Notes under the pieces: model-generated
Databases searched by the model: none
The model's input: the letters and a program-made list of their open reading frames with translations, nothing else
What the model was told of the DNA's origin: nothing
Translations under genes and position numbers: made by a program
Part shown: positions 10,539 through 19,624 of the stretch, piece after piece
Numbering within the stretch: the stretch's first letter is position 1
How the letters are laid out: each line of letters begins with the position of its first letter
Virus record (IMG/VR): IMGVR_UViG_3300028392_000059
Location: 11,365 to 75,364 of that record
Reading direction: 5' to 3' (one strand)
Source: a virus
DNA length: 64,000 nucleotides

Positions 10539-10775
10539 TTAATTACCCTTAAACTTTTCCGAATTAGCCTGCTGAAAATCATCAAGCTGCTTACGCATTT
10601 GGTGAAGAATTGCAAGTGTGTTATAGACTTCCAAAGACTTCTCAGGCATGCTGTCAAATTCAGCAACACGATCAAACGTCTTTCGAATACTGATATCAAT
10701 ACTCTTACGCATGTGCTTAGCAGTTGTGCCAAGCACGTAACTCATATCGAAGGGCCGATTGGCTTCTTCAGTCAT
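10539..10775 (-). CDS. Hypothetical protein (78 aa) in tail module
   Basis: ORF with purine-rich RBS, packed between tail tube and chaperone genes. Confidence 0.7.
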   Translation of the reverse strand: MTEEANRPFDMSYVLGTTAKHMRKSIDISIRKTFDRVAEFDSMPEKSLEVYNTLAILHQMRKQLDDFQQANSEKFKGN

Positions 10776-10792
10776 AATCTCTCTTTCTAATT

Positions 10793-10817
10793 GGGGACGC
10801 CCTTGTGAGACGTCCCC
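10793..10817. promoter_or_regulatory. GC-rich hairpin after major tail gene (terminator or mRNA-processing stem)
   Basis: GGGGACG...CGTCCCC inverted repeat; the T-run is on the + side only. Confidence 0.5.
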
Positions 10818-10826
10818 TTTTTAACA

Positions 10827-11414
10827 TTAGATGGTGTAAGCACCCCAGAACTGACCCTGAATAGACAGAGTCAGCGTAGCAGTGTTTGCATCAGTAAGCT
10901 GCGGAGCAACAGTGAGCGCTTCGAACTTACCAACCCAGTAATACTGCGAGTTTTGCACAGTACCAATACCAGCAGCGGTAGAAGCATAAGCTGTTGCAGT
11001 AGTACCAGTCGGCTTAGCATTCATAACCGCAAGGCGGAAAGGATACTGCTTACCGTTACCAACCAGCGGAGCAAGAAGCGAAGTGCTATCAAGACCCCAT
11101 TCGTTGGAAACATAGTTCAGTGTAAGCTCAAGCGAAGGTGCATCCGCCTGACCCTGAACCTGCGAAGACGTTGCCTGACCATAGGTAGGAACGTTAACAA
11201 TATTAGCAGGTGTACCAATCGGAGGATACTCACGAATGTTGTCCATGCTGACAAACGTACCAGCAGCACGCGTACCACCAACAGTAGGGATTTCAGTAAC
11301 AAAGAGAGCCTGCCAACCAGCAGCAGTAGTCGGAAAGGTGGTAACGTCAGTTGTCGGAAGAGCAACGGAGAGATCAGTATAGATACCCGCGCCAATACCA
11401 GAGATATGTGCCAT
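10827..11414 (-). CDS. Major tail (tube) protein
   Basis: 195 aa; NIREYPPIGTPANIVNVPTYG...QVQGQADAPSLELTLNY resembles siphovirus tail tube proteins; high-expression codon usage; position. Confidence 0.85.
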   Translation of the reverse strand: MAHISGIGAGIYTDLSVALPTTDVTTFPTTAAGWQALFVTEIPTVGGTRAAGTFVSMDNIREYPPIGTPANIVNVPTYGQATSSQVQGQADAPSLELTLNYVSNEWGLDSTSLLAPLVGNGKQYPFRLAVMNAKPTGTTATAYASTAAGIGTVQNSQYYWVGKFEALTVAPQLTDANTATLTLSIQGQFWGAYTI

Positions 11415-11416
11415 TT

Positions 11417-11824
11417 TTAATTAACTCCAAACAAATTAAACGGTATTGTGTATTGTGAACGCACAAGTGTCTTGTTGTCACTATCAATGCCCTTAGGCAC
11501 CATAGTGCTACGATCAAACTGCACGTTTCGGCTTGCAGAAATGATTACAGTTTTGTTGCACAGATAATCATCTAGCTTATCAGCTATAGCAGAAGCTCTT
11601 GACGGACCAAGGCCGCTGGCTGTATAGATATCAATAATGACAATACCTGAAATTGAAACACGATTAATGCCCTTACCAGAAGGTATAATCGTTACTTTAA
11701 CGAATTCATCACCAGCGTTTGAAGCTACAACATCTTGCGGAAATGTCTTTATATTTTCGGCTGTCCAGGTATTCAGACCAAAAATTGAAAAGATAGCTTG
11801 CTGTGTAGCACTATATCTTCCCAT
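11417..11824 (-). CDS. Tail terminator/completion protein
   Basis: Likely start MGRYSATQ at 11824; GIVIIDIYTASGLG...IADKLD pattern; immediately upstream of tail tube gene. Confidence 0.65.
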   Translation of the reverse strand: MGRYSATQQAIFSIFGLNTWTAENIKTFPQDVVASNAGDEFVKVTIIPSGKGINRVSISGIVIIDIYTASGLGPSRASAIADKLDDYLCNKTVIISASRNVQFDRSTMVPKGIDSDNKTLVRSQYTIPFNLFGVN

Positions 11825-11825
11825 A

Positions 11826-12179
11826 TTAAACTTCCCTAAAGATATTGAATATCCATACTCTTCCAGTTTCCTTGAGAGCATCACCAATACGCCACGTATT
11901 ACCACTGTAAGAAAGCGTATCGTACAACGACAAACTTCCAACGTCAATGGCTTTTACCATCACCGTCTTTGTGATTGTATTGGAATTCTTTTGAGGCTTT
12001 TTCTGGTCAAGTTCAATCAATTTGATTGTAACAGGAGTGTCAGAAGTTTTAGAAAGTGTACCTGCATTAAAATCAAATGTTGCAGATAATGCCTTTGTAA
12101 ATGTAGCATCTACAGCAAGATCTTTAACTTTGTTGAATGCAGATACAACTTGCCTATCAATCAGCGCAGCATAACTCAC
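11826..12179 (-). CDS. Head closure/head-tail joining protein
   Basis: GTGA overlap with the upstream stop; size and position between adaptor and terminator. Confidence 0.6.
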   Translation of the reverse strand: MSYAALIDRQVVSAFNKVKDLAVDATFTKALSATFDFNAGTLSKTSDTPVTIKLIELDQKKPQKNSNTITKTVMVKAIDVGSLSLYDTLSYSGNTWRIGDALKETGRVWIFNIFREV

Positions 12180-12649
12180 CAAGCCCTCCAAACGTTGAAG
12201 GCACCTTTGTTAATCAGAAGTGGTTGAAAGATACGCTTAACATGTAAGGGTATGACAGACGCATTCCTAATATTGGTAAGATTAATAGGACCAAGCTGAA
12301 GGTTTTCTACCAAACCTGTATTATCTAGAAGACCATCATTGTTTAACAAATGATAGCTAAGCTCATAAGTAGCTGTTAGAATACGCGTTGGCGTAGTATC
12401 AGTATTTACTTGCCTACCTAGACGAGGATCAAAGTATGAGATTATACGCGGAAATGCCAGAAGTTGAGTGTCACTTACAGCAAATCCATCCCATGTCAGA
12501 TTGTCAAGTAAAGCCGTTGCAGTGACCAAAGCTTGTGCTTTTTGTGTATCACTTGCTTGTTCCCAAGCAGCAACGTCTAAACGGTCTGCAAAATAACTAT
12601 TGGCTTCATCAACCGTAACATAGCTATTAACATTTTTGGAAAGTGCCAT
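12176..12649 (-). CDS. Head-tail adaptor protein (DnaT-like/gp15-type)
   Basis: NSYVTVDEANSYFADR...ALVTAT...LAFPR signature; directly after the capsid gene. Confidence 0.75.
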   Translation of the reverse strand: MALSKNVNSYVTVDEANSYFADRLDVAAWEQASDTQKAQALVTATALLDNLTWDGFAVSDTQLLAFPRIISYFDPRLGRQVNTDTTPTRILTATYELSYHLLNNDGLLDNTGLVENLQLGPINLTNIRNASVIPLHVKRIFQPLLINKGAFNVWRAW

Positions 12650-12663
12650 AAGTGACTACTCTA

Positions 12664-13851
12664 TTACTGGTGGAAGATCGGCAGAATACCGAGCGACAGA
12701 GCAGACATAGCCTTACGCTGCCAAATGCCACGCACGTTGGCAATGTTAGCATCAACCATACCAGCGACTGTACGCTTAGTAGTACCATCCATAACCGACA
12801 TATAGTCAGCATCCGACGGGAAAGCTTCTTCAGGACCGGCCCAGCTATAACCAGCAGGAGCGACCACATAACCCCAACGATGCCACACTTCAGTGGTACC
12901 ACCACCCTGATAAGCACCCGGATTACGGAAGATTTCAGTATCATCAGGGATAGCAAGCGATTCCATCGCAAGCGCACCCGGAAGCACGATAAACGATGTA
13001 AACGAGTTAGCCGTAATATCAACACCAGCACCAATATTCAGCTTTGTGATTTCCGCAGAAGTCAAAGCAGTATTAGCACGCGTGTTAATCAGACGAAACT
13101 TGCCCTGGAAGATAGTCGAAAACTCGACATTACCATCAACAACACGATCTTCATCAACAAGGTTAGCCGAACGCAGCGAAGCCATAATAGCCGGGCTGGT
13201 AACAAGGTAAGCATAATCGGGCTCATAGTCTTTATAAGCCATACCAAAGGCACGAATAAAGGCTTCAGCACGAGCAGCACCCTGCACAGCAGCAGTAGCA
13301 GCAATAACAGGAGCAGCACCAAGGTCAACATAGAAACCATAACGACGATCAGTAGGATCATTGTAGAAGGTTTGACCACCAAGACCAGCAGAACCACTAC
13401 CAGTAGCAGCACCGTTAAGCACTTCCGAAACGGCAACACCCTTAAGCACAGACAGAATAGCGTTATGCTCATCTTGTGCATGCGTCTCACCAAAGTCACG
13501 ACCAAGCTTAGCAAGACCATCAACCTGCGTCACAACCTGCTGCAGATTAATCTTTTCATAACCATGCGTACGCACAGTCTTAATGTACTGCTGATAGTCA
13601 GAACCATAAGTGGTCTTGGTACCAGCGGTAGAGTCAGTAAGCGAGGCAACGTTAATGGTAGGGTTCAGCGGCTTAAACCAGCGCATCTGACCAATAAACG
13701 TTTCAGTAGCAGTATCAATCTGCGGGTTACCACTAACAATAGCGGTAGACGACAGCTTCTTTGCATTAGTATAGGCTTCGTCGGAATACGCGCCAAGCGT
13801 CTCCTGAAGCACAAAGTTAGTAGCGCCAGCAGGCGAAACCGGAGTAGGCAT
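12664..13851 (-). CDS. Major capsid protein
   Basis: 395 aa, strongest codon bias in the window, follows the scaffold gene; YQGGGTTEVWHRWGYVVAPAGYSW C-terminal pattern of HK97-fold coat proteins. Confidence 0.88.
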   Translation of the reverse strand: MPTPVSPAGATNFVLQETLGAYSDEAYTNAKKLSSTAIVSGNPQIDTATETFIGQMRWFKPLNPTINVASLTDSTAGTKTTYGSDYQQYIKTVRTHGYEKINLQQVVTQVDGLAKLGRDFGETHAQDEHNAILSVLKGVAVSEVLNGAATGSGSAGLGGQTFYNDPTDRRYGFYVDLGAAPVIAATAAVQGAARAEAFIRAFGMAYKDYEPDYAYLVTSPAIMASLRSANLVDEDRVVDGNVEFSTIFQGKFRLINTRANTALTSAEITKLNIGAGVDITANSFTSFIVLPGALAMESLAIPDDTEIFRNPGAYQGGGTTEVWHRWGYVVAPAGYSWAGPEEAFPSDADYMSVMDGTTKRTVAGMVDANIANVRGIWQRKAMSALSLGILPIFHQ

Positions 13852-13864
13852 TTAATTAATTCCC

Positions 13865-14560
13865 TTAGGCACGCTTACGGAGATTTCCTTCCGCAGCAAG
13901 TTTCAGAACATCAGCCTGAGACATACCAAAGAGTGACTTACCCTTTGTATCTGCAGGTGTTGTAGTTGTTGTAGTTGTTGATGTACCGCCACCAGACGAA
14001 CGCTTAGCCTTAAGCAAGAATGAATTGTCATCGTGCTCTAAGAAAGACTTAACGAATGCTGCAATAGTAACACCGCTCCTATGAACCCATTCACCAGCAT
14101 CATTCTTATGAAGTTCAGATGTAATGTCACGCTTTGCCATTTCAGCAGCTTTGGCATTTCTGAATTCGTATCCTGCAAGAACATTGCTAACGGCAATATC
14201 GCGCGTGTTCACTACATCACGCTCTTCAAGCTCACGAATCTTAGCTTCCATGTCGGCACGCTCACGTTCGAAAGCTTCTTGCAATTTACCTTCATCTTTA
14301 AGACGCTGAGTCTCACGATCACGATCAGCCTTTTCACGTTCAGCAAGCTTCTTTGCGGCATCATCACGAGCAGCATAGGCAGCATCAAGCTTACGCTTCA
14401 TATCTGCTTTAGCTTCGTCAATCGCCTTTTGAACTTCTGTACGCTTGTCTTCAGCTTCAACGGGAGTACCATCTTCGTTCTTTGTCGGATCGTAGTCAGG
14501 ATTATCAATCATCTGACCTTCATTTTCAGGATCAGGGATTTGCTTAGGATTAACTAACAT
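13865..14560 (-). CDS. Capsid scaffolding protein
   Basis: Acidic N-terminus, long coiled coil, SSGGG/T-rich linker and short basic C-terminal helix; upstream of capsid gene. Confidence 0.82.
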   Translation of the reverse strand: MLVNPKQIPDPENEGQMIDNPDYDPTKNEDGTPVEAEDKRTEVQKAIDEAKADMKRKLDAAYAARDDAAKKLAEREKADRDRETQRLKDEGKLQEAFERERADMEAKIRELEERDVVNTRDIAVSNVLAGYEFRNAKAAEMAKRDITSELHKNDAGEWVHRSGVTIAAFVKSFLEHDDNSFLLKAKRSSGGGTSTTTTTTTPADTKGKSLFGMSQADVLKLAAEGNLRKRA

Positions 14561-14574
14561 TATTCTTAGTCCTT

Positions 14575-14610
14575 TGAGTACAACTCATGAAATACAAGAG
14601 CACGGCTCTT
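14575..14610 (-). promoter_or_regulatory. Two tandem triloop hairpins in the scaffold leader
   Basis: Sense AAGAGC-CGT-GCTCTT (14596-14610) and TGAGT-TGT-ACTCA (14575-14587), the latter abutting the AAGGA RBS. Confidence 0.55.
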
Positions 14611-14658
14611 ATACTAAACTATGTAGATATAGGTCATTTCAACACACAAGTTTTCCTG

Positions 14659-14688
14659 ACCCATACCTGGGTTAATTTAACGGGGTCT
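14659..14688 (-). promoter_or_regulatory. Putative phage RNAP promoter (copy upstream of scaffold/capsid)
   Basis: Sense AGACCCCGTTAAATTAACCCA-GGTA-TGGGT; the core recurs at three other intergenic sites. Confidence 0.75.
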
Positions 14689-14691
14689 GCA

Positions 14692-17600
14692 TTACCCGAC
14701 GCCATACCATCCATGATTCTGCTCAAAATCATACGGAGCGTCTTCTAAGATATCCTCAACAGTCAATATGTCTTCTTTGGTAAGAATACGATCACCAACT
14801 TTTGATTTACCGGCGACAGGTATCAGTCCTTTATCAATTGCTTCTTGCAAGTAAGCATCGTAACTTGCTTTTGGAAGACCTCTAGCAAGCATTTCATCTA
14901 GTGTCATTTTAACAACATTGTTAGTTAGCGTCTCGGCGTAAATACCACGAAGGGCTGTACGTCCAGGAAGCAAATCTGCAATGTTAGTAAAGAAAGCATC
15001 GTGAATAGTGCTCGTAGGAACATTATTACGTTTGCCCCATAAATGAAACTTCTTTACAATTACAGCGTCATTAGAGTGATTACCATTAACAGCAAATGCA
15101 GTACGTGCTTTAGTAGCATCTGCAATGTCGTTAATTTTACCTTCTTTGTTAAGAACCTCATCCCACCAGCTAGCAGTAGTCTTTTGAGGTACCATCAGAA
15201 TATTAGTAGTCCAATTACCGTTTGCATCTTTGTAAACAAGACGCTCTTCAAACGTCTGCGTGAAATTCTGCTCAATTACTTTACCATCAAAGTTTACCCA
15301 AGGAACATTTGTCCATGATTTAGGTAGATCATTCATACTTGTATAAGCAACAGACACTTCACTAGCCTTAGAAACATCTTTAAGTGTAGTGATACCAAGC
15401 TTGCTAGCTACATCACCAGCTACACCAAAATCTAACTTCCAAAGCTTACGACCTACAGCACGGTCTTCAGGTATGTCAACACCAAGCAGCAAATCAGCAA
15501 GTCCGCTGTTAGGGTTCCATTTAGAAAATACCTTCTGCAATAGCTGTTCTGTAACAGGTGTATTTGCTGGTAAGCCAAGTACTTGTGATAACACTTTAGG
15601 CAGACGATAACCTTTACTGCGTTTACCACGAAGTGCAAGAGTTGCTACTGTCTTCCAACTGATATTAGCATTTGAAGGTTTAGCATTCGTAAGGTACTCT
15701 TGTGCCAACCTGCCAAAGAATTTTGTAAAGTCCTTAAGAATAGGAACCTGTTCAGCAAGATGATCACTCATGATATTAGCTATCTGTTTGAAGTCATCAG
15801 GTGTTACAATGCGTTCATACGACTGAGAAAGCTTTTCAACAATATCTTTTGTAGCAGGATCAAGAAACCAAAGTTGTTCCATTATCTGGTCGCCAGGGTC
15901 TTGTCCTTTGTTAAAGATATCTCTAACATCATCACGTAAAGAACGTAGCAGTTGTTCGCCCTCAGGGTCATATCGTGCTACACGTGCAATACGCGCATCA
16001 ATTTCGTTGAGAACTTTTTGACGATCTGTAGCAGTAACAACAAGTGTCCCTGAGTCTTTACCAAGCACTTTACCAAGCTTACCTTCTACGTTAAGAATAC
16101 CAGTACGTTCACCAGCACCATAGAAAGTAACCATGTTTTGGGCTTTAGCAGCTTTCTGCAAGTCTTTAAGACCAAGTCCTAACTTTTCATTAATCTTTTT
16201 AAAGCGAGGATCATTATATGTTGATGCTGCAATTTCATCGTATAGACGACGTTTTTGATTAGTCAACACAACATTAGAAAGGCCAGCTAATTGCTTATTA
16301 CGCGTAGTAAGTGCAATAATCTGAGCGCCAGATGAACTAGCGTCTTGTTCCATTGCAAGCGCAGTTTCAAACGTATCTAATGTGCCACCAGCAGCAAGAT
16401 GACGATCTATTTTAGCTGTCTCAATTGCAAAACGAAAGAACTTACCTAACTCTTCACCATCAACACGCTGTACTGTAGGGTCTTCGAGAATAGCGCGTAT
16501 ATCAGCAGGCTTTGCACTGATCATACGTTCACCAATTTCTCGAAGCTTAGGTCTCCAAGTAGCAGCAATCTTACGCCTACCCGTAAATGTAAGACTATCA
16601 TATGGTCCTTCAAAGTGATCGCTAAGACCACCAAGAAAGGCACCAATCTGATCTGTCAAAGCGTCATTACCGTCATTACCGAGAATTTTAACTGCTTCTG
16701 TATTTAAGAAGGGCCTAAAACTCTCACCCGACTGCGGGCTTATAAGACCACGGTCATAAACGCGAGCACGATGGTCAATGAACGGATGATTGCTAAATGC
16801 AGCATCTTTCTCACGTAACCACTGCATAGATTTAAAGCGCTCGTAGGCGTCACCACGAGAACTAATGTAATGCTTGTACTCATTCAAATCATCATAAAAA
16901 GCTGCTTTACCGCGATCATCTTTGAAGTAAAGAAGCTTTTGGGTAAAGTCATAAAAGTCCGGATCAACCTTATACTTTGTTTTAGAAGCCCACGTTAGTG
17001 CATCAACGAGCTGCTTGTCAACAAACTTAACAGGGAAATCGCTATATGATGACGTAGAGGTAATTGGGATACGCGTATCATAAAGGCCGAGAACGCCCCT
17101 GTCGATGAAATACGTCTTGTAGCCTTCGCGGAATAGCAGACGATTTTTGTCATTTATAACTCCAACACGTAATCCAAGCTCAACTTGCCTTGTAAGCTTT
17201 GAATAGGCAGCAATACGAGGATCAATAACATTTACATAATATGATACAGTGTCATAGTACGGACCGAAATATGCACCAGACAGGCGTGAACGCATTCTAC
17301 GCTTTTGAACACCAAATGTATCAATCTCAAACAGATGCCCAGCTTTCTTCTCAAGAATGTTAAGACCCGTTTGATACCATTGTTTGCGATTACCATTAAG
17401 ATTTGCAAGATTATAAAGATCACGACCAAGTGATACAGCAAGCGAGTCTCTATCAGGAGAATCAGCCATACCAAGCTTATGTGCAAATCTAAGGTAAAAC
17501 TGCTGCATTTGTGAGTCGTCAATCCGACCACGTAACCGTAAAGGGATTGTAGTGTCGAACACGCCTTTAAGTTCAGCAGCTATTTGAGGAGCTACTCTAT

Positions 17601-19344
17601 CTTCCCATGCATTGCGTGCTACAATATTCTTAACAAAGTTTCTTTCAAGAGTGTCAAGCTGTGTACGACCAAGAACAGGATCAATGTAATCATCGTCTAC
17701 CAGCTTTTTGAGAACATCTTGCCCTTTACGGATTTGAGTTTCAATAGCGTCAGAGACATTCATAACATCAAACTTAACTTGTGATTGCGCTACAGCTTTA
17801 AAGTTACCCCAAACTTCACGGTTATCTCGATAACGGCCGATTACAACACGAAGGTTATCAGCAATAACAGCACGCTCATTCATACTAAGCTTTAAAGAAA
17901 CATCGTCAAGAACTTTATTAATGAAAGCTTTGTCATCGTCTTTAAGGCTTACACTCTCATTTACACGACGAACAGCACCTTCAAAGACTTCAGCGTTAGG
18001 TTGATACAAACGAACGTCATCATACCTACCTGTAAGCGGATTGAAACGCAACTGCTCTTCAGTAGGAGGAGATTGGAGTACTCTACGCTTTGTAGCTTTC
18101 TTCGTATGCAAGAGTGTACCACGATAGTTTGTCAATGATAACGTACCATCAAGCTCACCTGCTTGCAACAAATAATAGTCTACAAGAGTATTACGCATGT
18201 TATATAAATCTTCAGGCGTAGCAGCGCCAAGTTGCATAGCATCTAGTTTAGCTTTTGCATCGGCAAATTTACGTGTATCACCAGGGATTGTATAGCTATC
18301 AGCAGTCAGCTGACGAAGCTCTTTGATACCAATTGTGTTACCGTTCGGATTGCTAAACTTGTCAACAGTCAGTTTGTTTGTATTCAAAAGATCAACTGAC
18401 TTGTAATCACCAAGATGACGCAACTGTACATCCGAAGGTTGACGCTTAAGCCAATCATTATAGCTTTCTCTTAACGGTGTCTGACCGTCATAGTATGCTT
18501 GTTGCTTCGGCGTGAGGTTTGCAAGGTTTCTTTTTCTTACTTCCGCAGCACTTTCCAAAGAACCAATATCAGACCAAGACTTAAACACAGGTATAGTCGT
18601 AGAACGACAGTTCCAGTGAGCAGGCGGTAGGTGCTCCACATCACCAACGGGGTAAATAACGCCGTCCCTATGAGAGCACAGAGGAGTAGTCCTTGAATCG
18701 AGAACGGCCACATACTGCCACCCATTAAGGGCTTTCTCATTAGCTTTGTAAACTTCATGATCCGCCTGTGCATGTACTGATGTGATACTTGTAGTAACCA
18801 GCGACTGTGCTTGGAAACGTGTGATTTTGTGAACGTTACCACGACGTACATCAAGAGCAATATCAGTTGCTGTTTTACCTTCTGAGATACCTTTACGAAT
18901 TACAGCTTCAATACGTTGCTTTTCAAGAACAGACATACCGGCCCAACTTTGTGACAATGTCTTATCATTATACAAAGGACGTTCAAGCACAACTTCTTCA
19001 GCAACACGACGAGTAGGTCTTTGTGTGCGCCAAATCTTACCCATTACAGATTCCATGTTTTGATAAGCAAATGATGCTTGATCAGCAAACAAATCTAGTA
19101 ATGAACGACGGTGAGTAGATTGTAATTCGGTATATGTATCTACGAGTTCTTTATCAATTGCTTCTCGTAGTGTTTCAAGACCTTTGGCAGATGTATGAGC
19201 ATCTTGAATGAGCTTGTCAAGTCTAACTGTATGGCCGTCAATAACTAACGAAACCTTACCTTGTACTCGACGCTCATAAAGACGAATCATCGCCGCTCTA
19301 TCAACAGCCTTGTCGTAAAGTTGTGTGTTAGCATTAACGGCCAC
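14692..19344 (-). CDS. MuF (SPP1 gp7-like) head morphogenesis domain fused to a T7-family single-subunit RNA polymerase; putative virion RNAP
   Basis: N-terminal WQYVAVLDSRTTPLC...PPAHWNCRS (MuF). C-terminal DHRARVY, QDASSSGAQ (motif A), KAQNMVTFYG (motif B), NHSNDA and IHDAF (motif C). Confidence 0.9.
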   Translation of the reverse strand: MAVNANTQLYDKAVDRAAMIRLYERRVQGKVSLVIDGHTVRLDKLIQDAHTSAKGLETLREAIDKELVDTYTELQSTHRRSLLDLFADQASFAYQNMESVMGKIWRTQRPTRRVAEEVVLERPLYNDKTLSQSWAGMSVLEKQRIEAVIRKGISEGKTATDIALDVRRGNVHKITRFQAQSLVTTSITSVHAQADHEVYKANEKALNGWQYVAVLDSRTTPLCSHRDGVIYPVGDVEHLPPAHWNCRSTTIPVFKSWSDIGSLESAAEVRKRNLANLTPKQQAYYDGQTPLRESYNDWLKRQPSDVQLRHLGDYKSVDLLNTNKLTVDKFSNPNGNTIGIKELRQLTADSYTIPGDTRKFADAKAKLDAMQLGAATPEDLYNMRNTLVDYYLLQAGELDGTLSLTNYRGTLLHTKKATKRRVLQSPPTEEQLRFNPLTGRYDDVRLYQPNAEVFEGAVRRVNESVSLKDDDKAFINKVLDDVSLKLSMNERAVIADNLRVVIGRYRDNREVWGNFKAVAQSQVKFDVMNVSDAIETQIRKGQDVLKKLVDDDYIDPVLGRTQLDTLERNFVKNIVARNAWEDRVAPQIAAELKGVFDTTIPLRLRGRIDDSQMQQFYLRFAHKLGMADSPDRDSLAVSLGRDLYNLANLNGNRKQWYQTGLNILEKKAGHLFEIDTFGVQKRRMRSRLSGAYFGPYYDTVSYYVNVIDPRIAAYSKLTRQVELGLRVGVINDKNRLLFREGYKTYFIDRGVLGLYDTRIPITSTSSYSDFPVKFVDKQLVDALTWASKTKYKVDPDFYDFTQKLLYFKDDRGKAAFYDDLNEYKHYISSRGDAYERFKSMQWLREKDAAFSNHPFIDHRARVYDRGLISPQSGESFRPFLNTEAVKILGNDGNDALTDQIGAFLGGLSDHFEGPYDSLTFTGRRKIAATWRPKLREIGERMISAKPADIRAILEDPTVQRVDGEELGKFFRFAIETAKIDRHLAAGGTLDTFETALAMEQDASSSGAQIIALTTRNKQLAGLSNVVLTNQKRRLYDEIAASTYNDPRFKKINEKLGLGLKDLQKAAKAQNMVTFYGAGERTGILNVEGKLGKVLGKDSGTLVVTATDRQKVLNEIDARIARVARYDPEGEQLLRSLRDDVRDIFNKGQDPGDQIMEQLWFLDPATKDIVEKLSQSYERIVTPDDFKQIANIMSDHLAEQVPILKDFTKFFGRLAQEYLTNAKPSNANISWKTVATLALRGKRSKGYRLPKVLSQVLGLPANTPVTEQLLQKVFSKWNPNSGLADLLLGVDIPEDRAVGRKLWKLDFGVAGDVASKLGITTLKDVSKASEVSVAYTSMNDLPKSWTNVPWVNFDGKVIEQNFTQTFEERLVYKDANGNWTTNILMVPQKTTASWWDEVLNKEGKINDIADATKARTAFAVNGNHSNDAVIVKKFHLWGKRNNVPTSTIHDAFFTNIADLLPGRTALRGIYAETLTNNVVKMTLDEMLARGLPKASYDAYLQEAIDKGLIPVAGKSKVGDRILTKEDILTVEDILEDAPYDFEQNHGWYGVG

Positions 19345-19348
19345 AGTT

Positions 19349-19624
19349 TTATCCTTTTAGCTTATCACGAATAACTAAGTAAAGCCAGATAATGTTACCT
19401 ATTAAGAGAACAATACCGGCACTTAGTGCGAACCAATAGTGTAAATCAGCAAAGAAGAAAATATTCCAAACGCCCCAAGCTATGTAAAAGCCTGTCATGG
19501 GCCAAGAAATACCCTTTACTTCGCGATCTTTGATGTATTGAAATACATTCATCCAAGCGATAATTGCTCCGACACCCTCAAAGAACATTACAATTAAGTC
19601 ATTGTTTAACACAATACTTTCCAT
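19349..19624 (-). CDS. Small 3-TM membrane protein, PQ-loop/SemiSWEET-like
   Basis: Three hydrophobic segments; NVFQYIKDREVKGISW loop after the first helix. Confidence 0.5.
   Translation of the reverse strand: MESIVLNNDLIVMFFEGVGAIIAWMNVFQYIKDREVKGISWPMTGFYIAWGVWNIFFFADLHYWFALSAGIVLLIGNIIWLYLVIRDKLKG

Noticed and set aside
10538-10732. N-terminal extension of the 172-aa chaperone ORF (likewise the extensions listed for 11947, 21347, 31734, 48421, 49871 and 50451)
   Set aside because: They overlap upstream genes in another frame; downstream starts with RBS or stop-start coupling fit better
12652-13965. 437-aa plus-strand ORF
   Set aside because: Antisense to the capsid gene; explained by strong codon bias; Ser/Thr/Arg-rich with no domain features
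13964-13986. (GTT/GTA)n trinucleotide run
   Set aside because: Encodes the poly-Thr linker of the scaffold protein; not an independent repeat element
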